A DNA stretch of 64,000 bases, from positions 14,074,001 to 14,138,000 of the forward strand of contig OX597821.1 in the NCBI GenBank assembly GCA_951406725.2. The letters run 5' to 3'. Shown here piece after piece: positions 39,640-52,607 of the stretch (position 1 is its first letter; the number at the start of each line of letters is the position of its first letter). A model generated the notes under the pieces. The model was not told the origin of the DNA and did no database searches. It saw nothing but the letters and a program-made list of their open reading frames with translations. Both the position numbers and the translations under genes were made by a program. The stretch is from Octopus vulgaris. Its lineage: Eukaryota.

Positions 39640-39897
39640 GTATGTATATATGTGTATGTACGTGTGAGTGTATATATATGTATATGTATATACATGTATA
39701 TATATGTATATGTATATACATGTGCATACACATACAAGACTATCCTGTTGATATCTAACATCTAAGGAAAGAATCTTGTTTCTAGGCTAAAAAAAACCCC
39801 ATCTTTCTCCATTAGTGAGAAATTCATAAAAATAAAACCAACAAAAACATACATACATGGACATAACTGGGTGTAAATATATGCATACATCACATAA

Positions 39898-39930
<33 letters not shown>

Positions 39931-40537
39931 ATTAAAAAAAAAATTTATATACATATACTATTGGCTGAATCTGATAAATTCTCTTTATATTACTTTCAAT
40001 GCTACGGGCGATATCTCTTATCGTTTCTCCCCTACATTTATAAAATATTACAGAATTATATTGACGCTATACAATTTCATAAACACAATGGATTCTTCAG
40101 ATTTGTTACAAGGACTATATTCTTGAGTTTTCATCCAGTTAACAACAACAACAATAACAAAAGCAACAACTACTACATAAGCAACAACATCAAGAGCTGC
40201 AACAACAGCATGAGATTATTTCTTAAAAGATATCTTATCTGGTTAAATCTCAATGTCACAACCCTCTTTTGTTCACTGTCAATAACAAGAAGCTAAATTT
40301 CCTATTCTTAGTGATTGTTGTTCAAATTCCTTTGTTTAGTTTCCCAGCATTGGACTTAATTGCTTCATTCTCACATATTACTTTTCTGATTTAGAACATT
40401 TTTCTTTTTGCCTTCATTTTCTTTTATCTTCTATTTTTTTCTTTTTTTTTTTTTTTAGTAGGTTTAATTTTCAAGTTTTCAATTACTTTTTGGGTAATTA
40501 TGCTTCGTTTTACTACATGGTTCTCATTGTTCATTAC

Positions 40538-40587
<50 letters not shown>

Positions 40588-40695
40588 GTGTGTGTGTGTG
40601 CGTATGTATATATATGTGTGTGTGTGTGTTATATAATATATATATATATATATATACATATAGATATAAATATACACTCACACACACATACACAT

Positions 40696-40750
<55 letters not shown>

Positions 40751-41116
40751 TATTGTATAGACATTTATCATTTTATCTCTTATTATTCGAATACTAATAT
40801 TTTCTGACAAATTAGTTTGAGCCATTGTTTTTGATTAGGCTACTCTTTTTTTATACTTAATTTATTTTAAAACTAACTCCTTTATATTTTCCAGGCTGTT
40901 TCATTTTTACTTGTTTATTGTTTGTTTTATAGCTGTCTTATAGTTTATTTATTCAAAAATAAATCATTGAAGTGCAGCAATATGTATCATATGAATCAAA
41001 ATCAATCAGCTATTCTTATAGCCTACCTCTTTTATCAATTGGTTATAGATACGTATTATCACCCAAATATGCAAGAAAATATTTCTGTAAATAATTGACC
41101 TACAAGTATATATATA

Positions 41117-41620
41117 TCATCATCATCATCATCATCACCATCATCATCATCGTTTAACGTCTGTTTTCCATGCTAGCATGGGCTGGACGATTTTGACTGA
41201 GGTCTGGTGAACCAGATGGGTGCACCAGGCTCCAATCTTGATCTGGCAGAGTTTCTACAGCTGGATGCCTTTCCTAATGCCAACCACTCCGAGAGTACAG
41301 TGGGTGCTTTTTACATGCCACCGGCACGGGGCCAGTCAGGTGGTATTGGCAACAACTTCGCTCAAATCTTTTTACACATGACACCGGCTCAGGTGCCAGT
41401 AAGGCGACGCTGGTAAACGATCATGCTCGAATGGTGCCTTTTACGTGCCACTGCTCTGGCAACAATCACACTCAGATGGTGCTCTTGGCACCCTACAAGC
41501 ACGGGCACAAGTGCCAGTAAGGTGATGCTGGTAACGATCACACTTGAATGCTGCCTTTTATGTGCCACTGGCACGGAAGCTGGTTAGCTGCTCTATCAAC
41601 GATCACGTCATCGAATTTGA
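41117..41620 (-). mobile_element. RTE 3' UTR
   Basis: (cat)n-cgtttaacgtctgttttccatgctagcatggg..., as in 8845-9260. Confidence 0.8.
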
Positions 41621-41651
41621 TTTTGATATATATATATATATATTAACACAC

Positions 41652-41683
<32 letters not shown>

Positions 41684-41771
41684 GTGTTAATATATATATA
41701 TACATATAAATATATATATATAAACATATATATCCTTCATCTTCCCTTCTCTAGATCTTTCCTTTTCCTAT

Positions 41772-41806
41772 GTTTCTGACGAAGAGCTCTGCTCGAAACA
41801 TAAAAC
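41772..41806 (+). ncRNA. Minimal hammerhead motif, degenerate, in a ~180-bp (TA)n-embedded element (41733-41910)
   Basis: GUUU-CUGACGA-A-GAGC-UCU-GCUC-GAAAC-AUA-AAAC; stem I GUUU/AAAC; stem III probably ancestral ACGU. Confidence 0.55.
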
Positions 41807-41909
41807 CCTCCTTCTTCCCTTCCTTCCTGAGCATCCAATAATACTATATTTGTTCAATGTCCTCGCGTTGTTGTGTTTTCTCTTGGTGTTTTCATGTTTG
41901 GATTAACTT

Positions 41910-41991
<82 letters not shown>

Positions 41992-42431
41992 ACAGGCTTC
42001 TTTCAGTTTCCATCTATCATATCCATTCACTAGGCTTTGGTTGGCCCAAGGCTATAGTAGAAGACATTTGCCCAGAATCACGTGGTTTGGAAGCAAGCTT
42101 TTTACCACACAGCCATGACTGAAGGGCATTCAACAAATTTATTTGGAGTTACATGTATGCATCAAAATAGTTTGATTCAAGTTCATTGGTACTCTTGAGT
42201 TTCAAGCATGATGCTAGTCATCAGCCATTTTGAATTTGAATGACAGAAGTTAATTGTTATTAGCATAAGGTGAGCTGTGATTGGTTGAGGAAGGTCACAC
42301 GGTGTTGTGGATTGATTATGGTATATGGGTACAGTTAGTTTGAAAATACTACATGGTGAACAGGAAATTGGCTACATGGAGGACAGGAAAGAGATCAGGT
42401 AGCATATAGAAAATTGGTCGGGTTGTTGGTG

Positions 42432-45240
42432 GGAGAAGTAGGAAGGGGCAGCATGTGTATGCTGCATATAGTTCTATCTGTTGCTGTACAGATGCGCTCA
42501 TATGGTTTTGTGTGCATGTGTGTATTGATGTGAGCAGGCACATTTGTACATGGGGACACATGTGCATCTCTGCACACACACTTAGACAAACACACACATG
42601 CACATATGCATGTGTGCATATGTACATGCATATACATGCATATGTACACATGCACACACTCATACATACACACACACGCACATGCATATTCATTCATAGG
42701 TATGTATATTCACATACATGTACATACCAGTGTGTGTGCACACACATGCACATGTGCACCTGTGCACATGTATGCATGAGTATACACATGCAAATCAAGT
42801 GTTGGGGATTGGTAAGCATTACGGATTGGTATGCATTGGGGGTTGGTAAACGTTGGGGATTGGTAATTGGCAGTCCTGCTCATGGGGTTGGTTGGTTGCA
42901 GTGACCTTGGTGCAGGTGGTGCAGAGTAGTAGCTGGTGCTAAGGTGGTATATCCAGGTTGTCAGCATTCAGAGGCCTGAAATTTGCCAGAAGAGCATACC
43001 TTTGGTGACAACAATACGATAAATCGTATTTCTTGTTGATGGATACTGCAGGTTGTTGGTGGAAGCAAAGCTAGCAGTTGGGGTGGGGGCACTGAGTGAA
43101 TATGGTGGTGCTCTATTGACAATAGTCCACTTGATGCTGGATATTTTATCTCGGAGATCATGGAATCTCCAGATAAAATGAAACAGGGAAGTAGAGTTCT
43201 TTCTGTCCTTGGATCTGAACGAGTGCATGTACTAGGAGTATCTTCCCTTGAAGTCATTAGCTGTCATACCCGTATAGTGCCTAGCAGTGCCAGCAGATGG
43301 TGTAAGGGTGAATCTGTATACTACAGCCTTTGAGAGGCAAGATCCTTCGAGAGGGCACATGGTGGTGTTTCAGCAGTTGCTGGTTGGGGTTGAGAGTGGT
43401 GCGGGTGCATTTTTATGATGTTAGATGCGATGTTGTCTAAGCAGGAGTAGCTCCCCTTGACATTATGGAGGTTTGAAGAGTTTGTAATGCATATGGCCTC
43501 TGGGGAAATGTTTATTAATTAGTGACAGGAAGCTCCTCGCTACGTTCATGGAAATTTCTAGGTTGAAAGGGGAATTATACCACAGCAGGGGAATGGTTTG
43601 AGCTCTTGTGGATGTATACTGTATTCTCAATAGGCATCCTATATGGGTAATACTTGCTCATACTCAGGTCTAAGGTTACGTCCAAGAAATCAACCGTAGT
43701 CAGGTTGGTGGTGACCATTATGGACAGGCCAAACACCTTAAATATTTTTATCAAGTCCTTCCTGAACCTGTCCATGGTGTGGCCGTTCATATGGCTTAAG
43801 ATAGCCAGGCTGTCATCCCTATAGAGGGCCGACCTATGTGGGTAGTTACATCTCTTGAGGGTATACAAGATGTATAACCTTATGAGGTTGGCAATTTCAG
43901 CCCTGTCAAAGCTTCCCATAGAGACATCGAACAATGGGTCAACTTCTTTTTTTCACTCTGAAGGAATCGTTGTGCGCCAGAATTGACTTTCTGGCATTCA
44001 AGATAATTCTGATGTGAAGATCACTAATGCTGGTGTATTGCAGACAAAAGTTAGGGCCTTTAGGAGAGGCTTAGATATGGAAGAGTAGAAGTTGATGATG
44101 TTGAACTTGGTGATTCTACAGGCTGATTTATTCTTGATACCGTGGATCCAGCTGACTATGGCTGCGCTGGAGTTCCATTGAGTCAACTCTGTAGCTCTTC
44201 TGATACCAGAGTTGATAGTATTAAGAATATGTTTACTATTAATACCTATCTCACTTTCAGAGGGGTTGATCAGCCTGCATTTGGGATTGGGGCAGAAGTT
44301 AGGCTTATGGTCTTTAAGTGTAATAAGGGAGGGGGAGTCATGTGTTAAGGCCCTTCAATTCTAGATCTTGCTTCTACACCTGAAACTTCTCCTCTAGTTC
44401 TGATATTAGAGCAAGGTCATTAGCATAGAGAAGCTCCCAGGGGCATTCTGTCTTGGGTTCCTCTGTTATTACCTGGAGGACTACGATGAATCAGAGGGGG
44501 CTGAGGACTGATCCTTGGTGGACCCCTACCCCTATTAAGGAGGATAACTAGCTCCTTTGCTTTTGTGTTTATGTCATTGTATATGGAATTATGGGTTTTC
44601 TTGTATGTTTTGGTGATGGCACTTACAAGAATTGTGTGAAAGAGTTCATTTAGTATATATATTTTTTGTTTGTCTGTGCAGGTGTGTATGTTAGGTGCTT
44701 GTTTAATGCTGGTCATATAATTAATTAGGGATTTAAGGAAGGGGTTAGAATAATGCCAAACCTTACCTTCTTTACGATGTTCCATAGGTCAGTCTCAAAG
44801 TTCTCAAGGTCTTTCATACGTGGGGGTCACTTTCAAGATTGAAAGCTGAATTTATCCGTAGATGTAGTGGTGGATGGATTCTCATACCAGCCCCCAATGC
44901 ATACCAATCCCTAATGCTTGTTTTTTGCATGTATACTCACGCACAAGTGCTCATGTGCATGTGTGTGTACATGCACACTAGTATGTATGTGTACATGTAT
45001 GCGAATATATGTATGTACATATGAATGAATATGCATGTGTGCATGTGTGTATGCTTGTCTGTATGTGTGTGCATATGTGCTTGTATGTATGTGTGTATGT
45101 GTGTGTGTGTGTGTGTGTGCCCATGTACAGATGTGCACACTTGCATCAATACACACATGCACACAAAACCATATGAGCATGTCTGCATACCAACATATAG
45201 AACTATATACTCACACATGCTGCCCCTTCCTACGTTCTCC
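42432..45240 (-). mobile_element. Penelope-like retroelement, Naiad-type, decayed, with ~350-400-bp inverted flanking repeats
   Basis: RT FDVSMGSFDRAE..LYRDDSL..VDFLDVTLDL..YIHKSSNHSP; VKGSYSCLDNI; Zn knuckle SNC*NTTMCPLEGSCL; GIY-YIG VVY..HYTGMT..FKGRY; C*LC..INKK..CCH; 42432-42850 is inverted at 44880-45240. Confidence 0.8.
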
Positions 45241-45261
45241 CCATAACAACCTGACAGTGTT

Positions 45262-46720
45262 TGAAGGTCGTGCTTCACCACCTCATCTCAGATCTTCCTG
45301 GGTCTACCTCTTCCACAGGTTCCCTCTACTGCTAGGGTATTACACTTTTTCACACAGCTGTTCTCATCCATACGCAACACATGACCATACCAGCACAGTC
45401 GTCTCTCTTGCATACCACATCTGATGCTTCTTATGTCCAACTTTTCTCTCAAGGAGCTTACACTCTGTCCTGTATGTACACTGACATTACACATCCAGCG
45501 GAGCATACTAGCTTCATTTGTTGCAGGCTTACACTTGTCCTCAGCAGTCATGGCCCATGTTTCACTGCCATGTAGCATGGCTGTTTGCACACATGCATCA
45601 TACAGTCTTCCTTTTACTCTGAGCGAGAGGCCCTTTGTCCCCAGCAGAGATAGGAGCTTTCTGAACTTTGCCCAAGCTATTCTTATTCTGGCAGCTATAC
45701 TCTCAGAGCATCCACCCCTGATACTGACTTGGTCACCTAGGTAATGGAAGCTATCAACTACTTCTAGTTTTTCCTCTTGGCATGTGACGGAAGATGTTTT
45801 CTGCACATTTTCAGTGTTTATTTCCTGAGCATTTGCCACACACAAAAACTATCTTCCCAGTTAGCCTTCCTTTAATATTACTGCACCTCTTATGTGTCCA
45901 TAACTTACACCAGGGACATCTTATGGAGTTTCTACCTATGCCTTTTTTGCAGATTGAGCAGGGCCATCTACCGGAAGGGATTTGTAATTTATCTGCCTTC
46001 CTACTTATTAAGACTTTGGTTTTTGTTATATTGACTCTAAGGCCCTTCAATTCTAGACCTTGCTTCTACACCTGAAACTTCTCCTCTAGTTCTGATATTA
46101 GAGCAAGGTCGTTAGCATAGAGAAGCTCCCAGGGGCATTCTGTCTTGGGTTCCTCTGTTATTACCTGGAGGACTACGATGAATCAGAGGGGGCTGAGGAC
46201 TGATCCTTGGTGGACCCCTACCCCTATCCGAAATTCTTCACTATACTTGTTGCCAACCCTCATCTTACTGACAGCATCCCTGTACATGGCTTGTACAGCT
46301 CCCACAAACCACTCATCTATCCCTAGTTTTCACATTGGCCACCAGATAATGGATCAGGGGACCCTGTCAAAGGCTTTCTCCATGTCAATGAAAACCAGGT
46401 ACAGAAGTTTATCTTTGGCTAGGTATTTCTTCTGCAGCTGTCTTACCAGAAATATAGCTTCAGTGGTGCTTTCCCAGGCACAAACCCAAACAACATCTCA
46501 TCTAAACCAACTCTCTCCCTATTTAGTTAGGCTATGACTCTCTCCGTGACTTTCATCACCTGATCCAACAACTTGATACCTCTGTAATTATTCACATCTA
46601 ATGCATCACCTTTAACTTTGTAGCAGTTGACTATGGCACTACTACACCAGTCATTGGATATGACTCCTTCATGTATCACCTGATTGACTATACAGGTGGG
46701 TAGACTATAGTCAACACTAT
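45262..46720 (-). mobile_element. RTE LINE RT fragment, decayed
   Basis: Collinear with 9455-10895; WPCSICKKGIGRNSIRCPWCKLWTHKRC, MLHGSETW, GRGRPRK. Confidence 0.9.
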
Positions 46721-46724
46721 ATTA

Positions 46725-46799
<75 letters not shown>

Positions 46800-46812
46800 A
46801 TATATATATATA

Positions 46813-46970
46813 TCATCATCATCATCGTTTAACGTCCGCTTTCCATGCTAGCATGGGTTGGACTGTTCAACTGGGGTCTGGGAAGCCAGAAGGCTGCACC
46901 AGGCCCAGTTTAATCTGGCAGTGTTTCTACAGCTGGATGCCCTTCCTAATGCCAACCACTCCGTGAGTGT
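46813..46970 (-). mobile_element. RTE 3' tip
   Basis: catcatcgtttaacgtccgctttccatgctagcatggg. Confidence 0.8.
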
Positions 46971-47153
46971 ACTTATTATTATTATTGTTATTATTATTAT
47001 TCATTTTGTTCAACGTGTACAAGTACGTATGTGTTCAATATTGTTTTATTCAATTTTAGAAAAACTGAAACATGTCATAGACAATTTTAGAACATATTGA
47101 ATTTTGTGCATGACTTTTGGCTCATCCTGTATGTATGTATATGTATGTATGTA

Positions 47154-47188
<35 letters not shown>

Positions 47189-47448
47189 GTATATGTATGT
47201 ATTTTGGCCTGCTGACTTAGTCAGTAGGGTGGCTTCGTTAGAAAGCTAAGATGATGCAAAGTGCATTGTGACTAGCGATGTATAACAGCATTCAACAGTC
47301 TGCTCAATCACATGATCATGTGATATATATATGTGTGAATGGGGCACTGCCTTTGTGTATGTGCATGTATGTGTGTGTGTGTGTGGTGGAAGGAAGGAGC
47401 ATACGGTTTAGGTGTATATATGCAGGGTTGTGTAAGTATGTATGTATG

Positions 47449-47580
<132 letters not shown>

Positions 47581-48013
47581 CATCGAAGAACCCATCCATA
47601 AGTCAGTAAAAATAGGCACTCATATATTTCTCATTAGAGTGGATATGTTAATATTTAAGCTCTGAATTATTATACCATAACTGGTATTGGTTTGCTTCCA
47701 TCCCTGTAACTTAGCAGTTCAGCAAAAGTGATGACAATATAATTACCAGGCTTGGGAGATATTTGATCAACTAAACCAATGGTTCCATATAAGATTTTTT
47801 GGGGGCTATGCAATAATATTGTAAATTGGGGATCCACTTTAATATTTCAAAGGAGCCCTGAAAAAATGTTACGTTAGATGTATGTATTGCAAGAAACATT
47901 GAGATTTCTTTTTCTCCCATTTTACATGATAAACAAAATAGGAATTTTGGAAGAAGTTTCTATAAAACTAGCTTTTAAATATCAAATCACTATAGGAGTC
48001 CACTAGAATAAAG

Positions 48014-48549
48014 TATTGGGTTATTCAGAAGGTCCGTGCCGATTTTTAAAGGAAACAAAAAGGTTTTTTAATCATTTTTAATCAACCAAATATATACCAT
48101 TTTGTTGCACAATGCATCACCATCTTTCCTTTAAATTGAAAATACCCACTTCCCAGAATTAAGGTGGTTTCATGGCAAAGAGTTCATCAAGGTATCTTTT
48201 TACATCATCCAAGGAATTGAAATTTTTACCATTAAGACTATTCTGCAGAGACCTGGAGCAATATCTGGTGAATATGGAGGGTGGGGTAACACATCCCAGC
48301 CAAGCTGTAGCAATTTTTGTCTGGTTCCCAAAGCATCAAGTGCCGAAAATGAACTTATCTTCCATTTTAAAGGGTTACAGAATTAACATAGGTTATAGGA
48401 ACATAAACCTTCTTCCACGAAAAGATAGCTTAAACTGTGCTCTAAATGGAGGTGTAGTCAAATCCTATTTTATGGACTCAACCATGTTCTAAAATAAGTT
48501 GAAAGGTAAGCTACTATAAATTGGTACAAACTTTCTGGACAACCCAATA
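48014..48549 (-). mobile_element. Mariner deletion derivative, same family as 8572-8801
   Basis: TA-ttgggttattcagaaggtccgtgccgattt / aaattggtacaaactttctggacaacccaa-TA; transposase C-terminal remnant WEVGIFNLKERW on minus. Confidence 0.7.
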
Positions 48550-50436
48550 GTAAGCAAATGTGGTCCACACAAGTGAAATAGTAAATTGGGTATCTACAGT
48601 AGAACTTTAAGGGTCCCTGATAAAGATTTGCTTTAGATGTATTTATTGAAAGAAACAACTAAGTTTCTTTCTCTAACACTTTACAATAGTCCAACCTACA
48701 CAAGTTGATGTGTGAAAAACAAAATGGTTATGATGGTCCACTAGAATTGAAATAGTAATCAAAGGGAGCCGTAGATAAAAAATAGTTGAGAACCCCTGAA
48801 CTACACCCTTCAAGGCAGTGCCCCAGCATGGCTGCACCTCAATGACTAAAACATGGAAATGATAAAAAGATGTAATATCCTGCTGAAAGGTGGGGAGAAA
48901 TAAACATTGACTATGAAACAGGTTTCATGTGTATTAGGTGTATAACATTTACTATATACACTCAACCTGTTGTGTGGCAGAGATGGATCAATTGCACATG
49001 GTTATGGCTGAAGGCATTCGTAAGCAGCTATATTCAAATGCATTCATCCATGAGCCACAAACTCCTACATATGCTAAGCTGCAACATATCCCTAACTCAC
49101 ACCGAACACAGCATTCATTCCTCATCATGGTCCCATGTCATAAATGATGGAAGCTAACAAACAACTCATCGGTAGGTTCTTGTTAAACCAAAGTAATTGC
49201 CCATAACTTACTTCCGTTAATAAATAAATAAAAATAAAAAAAAAAGGAAACAATCAATGAATCAAAAAAACAAACAAAATAGTAAAATGAAAGAAAATAA
49301 TAATTACATTCTATTTCTGGTAATAAATCAATGAACTGTTATTGAAATCCTTGGCTAACCAACACATTCATAGAGTCGATATTCTCTTAATTCTGTCTGT
49401 TGCTTAGCACTGTTTTTATTTCTAACTGTGGATTATTTTTCTGTTTGTCTATTTTACAAAGTCAGACTGAACTATTCTTTTTAATTCAGATCAATATATT
49501 GATTGGTTATGAAATTGATAGGAAAAAAAAAAGAAATCAATTGTATACTTAATAAGCATTTTAAAAATTGCATGCTGTATTTATTAATTAACATATCCTA
49601 ACTTATCATCATCCAGTTTGTAAATTTCTGATATTAACCACAAATGTTTATTTGTAATAAATCGCCAGAGAATCTGCAACAGGGGAGCTTATGTAAACAA
49701 TCATAGATTTTCTATCTAGGTATCGTATCAAATGTTTTCTAAATGTTTATCTACCCGATGTGGTTCTTCAAGTAATGCTTAAGCTGCCTCACAAAATCTC
49801 AGTTAACATCAAGTTTTAGTATCAAGTTTATGGTATCAAGTTTTCTTTTTGCTTTATTCGCTCAGTATGCCAAGTATTTTGTTTGATCAAACAGCTCAGC
49901 ATTTTGCCTAATGAAATCTCTACCTTCCTAAACTACTGTATTTCTCTAGACTTTATGTCCCTTTTGTCTTCTGTAAATGCCATTTCTCAAAACATATACA
50001 ATCCATAATCAAGCACGAAGGTAAGTGCCAATGTTTGACACATGATAAGAAGTTTGCTTCCCAACCACATGGTTCTGGGCTCAATCCCACTGTGTGATTC
50101 TTTGGGACAAGTGCCTTCTAACATAGCCTTGGGCTGACCAAAGCCTTGTGAGTGGATTTGGTAGACGGAAACTGAAAGAAGCCCATCATATATATGCGCA
50201 TGTGTATGTGTATGCATGTGGTTAGTCCACATTACTTCGTAAGGAGGACAGGCTGGTTTCCCAGTTTCTCTGATGGATATATTCCACCCTGGATGGGATG
50301 CTGGTCTATTACAGGATTTCTCATTTTTACCAATGTGAAATGAGCACAATGCATCACTTAATCTAAGAACTAAAACCGCAATCTTACTATCACGAGTCCA
50401 ACACACTAATCCCTAAACCATGTGCCTCTACATATA

Positions 50437-50484
<48 letters not shown>

Positions 50485-50499
50485 CACACAGACATATAC

Positions 50500-50703
50500 T
50501 CTCTCTTACTCATTTCAGTCATTTTGACTGTGGCCATGCTGGACCACTGCCTTTAGTCGAGCAAATTGACCCCAGACCTTATTCTTTGTAAGCCTAGTAC
50601 TTATTCTATCGATCTCTTTTGCCAAATCACTAAGTTATGGGAACATGCACACAAACATATACACACACATATATATATATATATATACATATATTTATAT
50701 ATT

Positions 50704-50752
<49 letters not shown>

Positions 50753-50936
50753 GTACACACACACACATATATATATGACGGGCTTCTTTCAGCTTCCGTC
50801 TACCAAATTTCACTCACAAGGTCAGCCCAAGGCTATGTTAGAAGGCACTTGGCCCAAGGTATCACACAGTGGGATTGAGCCCAGAACCATGTGGTTGGGA
50901 AGCAAGCTACTTACCACACAGCCACTCCTGTGCCTA
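50500..50936 (-). mobile_element. SINE family A
   Basis: Reverse match; a partial inverted head copy lies at 50045-50190. Confidence 0.8.
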
Positions 50937-50951
50937 TATATATATATATTA

Positions 50952-51660
50952 AGGCGGCGAACTGGCAGAAACGTTAGCACACCGGGCGAAATGTGTAGCC
51001 GCATTTCGTCTGCCGTGACGTTCTGGGTTCAAATTCTGCCAAGGTCGACTTTGCCTTTCATCCTTTCGGGGTCGATAAATAAAGTACCAGTTACACACTG
51101 GGGTCGATGTAATCGACTTAATCCGTTTGTCTGTCCTTGTTTGCCCCCTCTGTGTTTAGCCCCTTGTGGGTAGTAAAGAAATATATATATATCACTGTAA
51201 TAAAAGGCCTACATTTACATGCTTTATGGGTCAGAGAGAATTCATTGAAATACATTTTCTACAAGTGGATGCCCTTCCAGTTTCTAAGCAAGATAACAGT
51301 TCCCTAAGGACAAATATGTTTCCACAGAGAGCTGAAAATATGATGATGGTGATGCTTATTTATAACAATCCTGCTCTATCAAAATGATGCACAAACACAC
51401 ACACACATATATAAGTGCACATAGAAGATGGCGAGCTGGCAGAGACGTTAGCACGCCGGGCGAAATGCTGAGCGCTATTTCGTCTGTCGTTACATTGTGA
51501 GTTCAAATTCCGCTGAGGTTGACTTTGCCTTTCATATTTCGGGGTCGATAAATAAAGTACCTGTTAAGCACTGGGGTCGATATAATCGACTTAATCTGTT
51601 TGTCTGTCCTTGTTTGTCCCCTCTATGTTTAGCCGCTTGTGGGTAATAAAGAAATAGGTA
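50952..51660 (+). mobile_element. Two SINE family B copies (50952-51180, 51430-51660)
   Basis: ggcggcga.ctggcaga.acgttagcac head; gcctttcat...tcggggtcgataaataaagtacc body. Confidence 0.85.
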
Positions 51661-52143
51661 TATAATCCTGGAGGTCCGCCAGATAGTGCAACGCAGTACC
51701 AAAAGGTATGGACGCAATAGTTCTTTGTCTTTTGTGTTGTATTTTTGACAATATTGCTAATAAAAAGAGCCAGATACATTTATCATGTTAGAAGTCACTT
51801 AAGCTGACATTGTTGATATTTTGCTGGTCTCCTGAAATATGTGTACATTATATAAAGCATAAGCATTGATTACACTCTCTGTTTTATGTATATACAATGT
51901 GTGTGTATATGTATATGTGTGTGTGGGCATGTATGCGTATGTGTGTGTGTGTGTGAGACAGGAAGTGTCTTCTTTTGTATGATTCCTATGGCTGGATGCC
52001 CTTCCTAATACCAACCACTTTACAGAGTGTATTGGGTGCTTTTACATGGCGCTAACACCTTGCATGGAAACAGATGTTAAATGAAGATAACAATGATAAT
52101 ATATACATATACATACTTTATTTAAAGCAGCAGAAAATTCAAC

Positions 52144-52254
52144 AAAACCTGTTACTCTGAGTTTCACTTTGCTGTTCATCGGACAGTTTTTGCTAGAATA
52201 TTCTAGCAAAACTGTCCGATGAACGGCAACGTGAAACTCAGAGTAACAGGTTTT
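52144..52254. ncRNA. Inverted pair of minimal hammerhead motifs (CCGAUGA core variant)
   Basis: Plus 52208-52254: AAAACUGU-CCGAUGA-ACG-GCAA-CGU-GAAAC-UCAGA-GUA-ACAGGUUUU; mutated mirror copy on minus at 52144-52190. Confidence 0.7.
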
Positions 52255-52607
52255 AGATTCCTAACTACTCCCACCTTTTGCGGTGCAGTTTAACCAAAAC
52301 GGGGTATCTTATAGTCGTGATTCATATCGAGCCCCTCTGGGTATTAGCGCGCGTCTACGATGAGTCTACGATTTAAAAAAAAATTTACCATAAATTTTTC
52401 CCATTTTTAATGCATTTTTTCGCCATCATATAAGGGAAGTAACTCTCTAAAAATGTCTACGATGAGTCAACGATTTAAAAAAAAATTACCATAATTTTTT
52501 TCCCATTTTTAATGCATTTTTCTGCTATTTTTTGGCTATAACTCTCTAAAAATGCTTATATAGTTATTTCCCTTACAAACCTGAGCAACGCCGGGCGATA
52601 CTGCTAG
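52254..52607 (+). mobile_element. Helitron family 1, 5' end missing
   Basis: Ends cctgagcaacgccgggcgatactgCTAG|T. Confidence 0.85.

Noticed and set aside
43369-43372. In-frame TGA in the Naiad zinc knuckle as possible selenocysteine (reported for some Naiads)
   Set aside because: It follows the xNC motif at the usual Arg position (CGA>TGA decay), not a Cys position, and the ORF has other stops and frameshifts.
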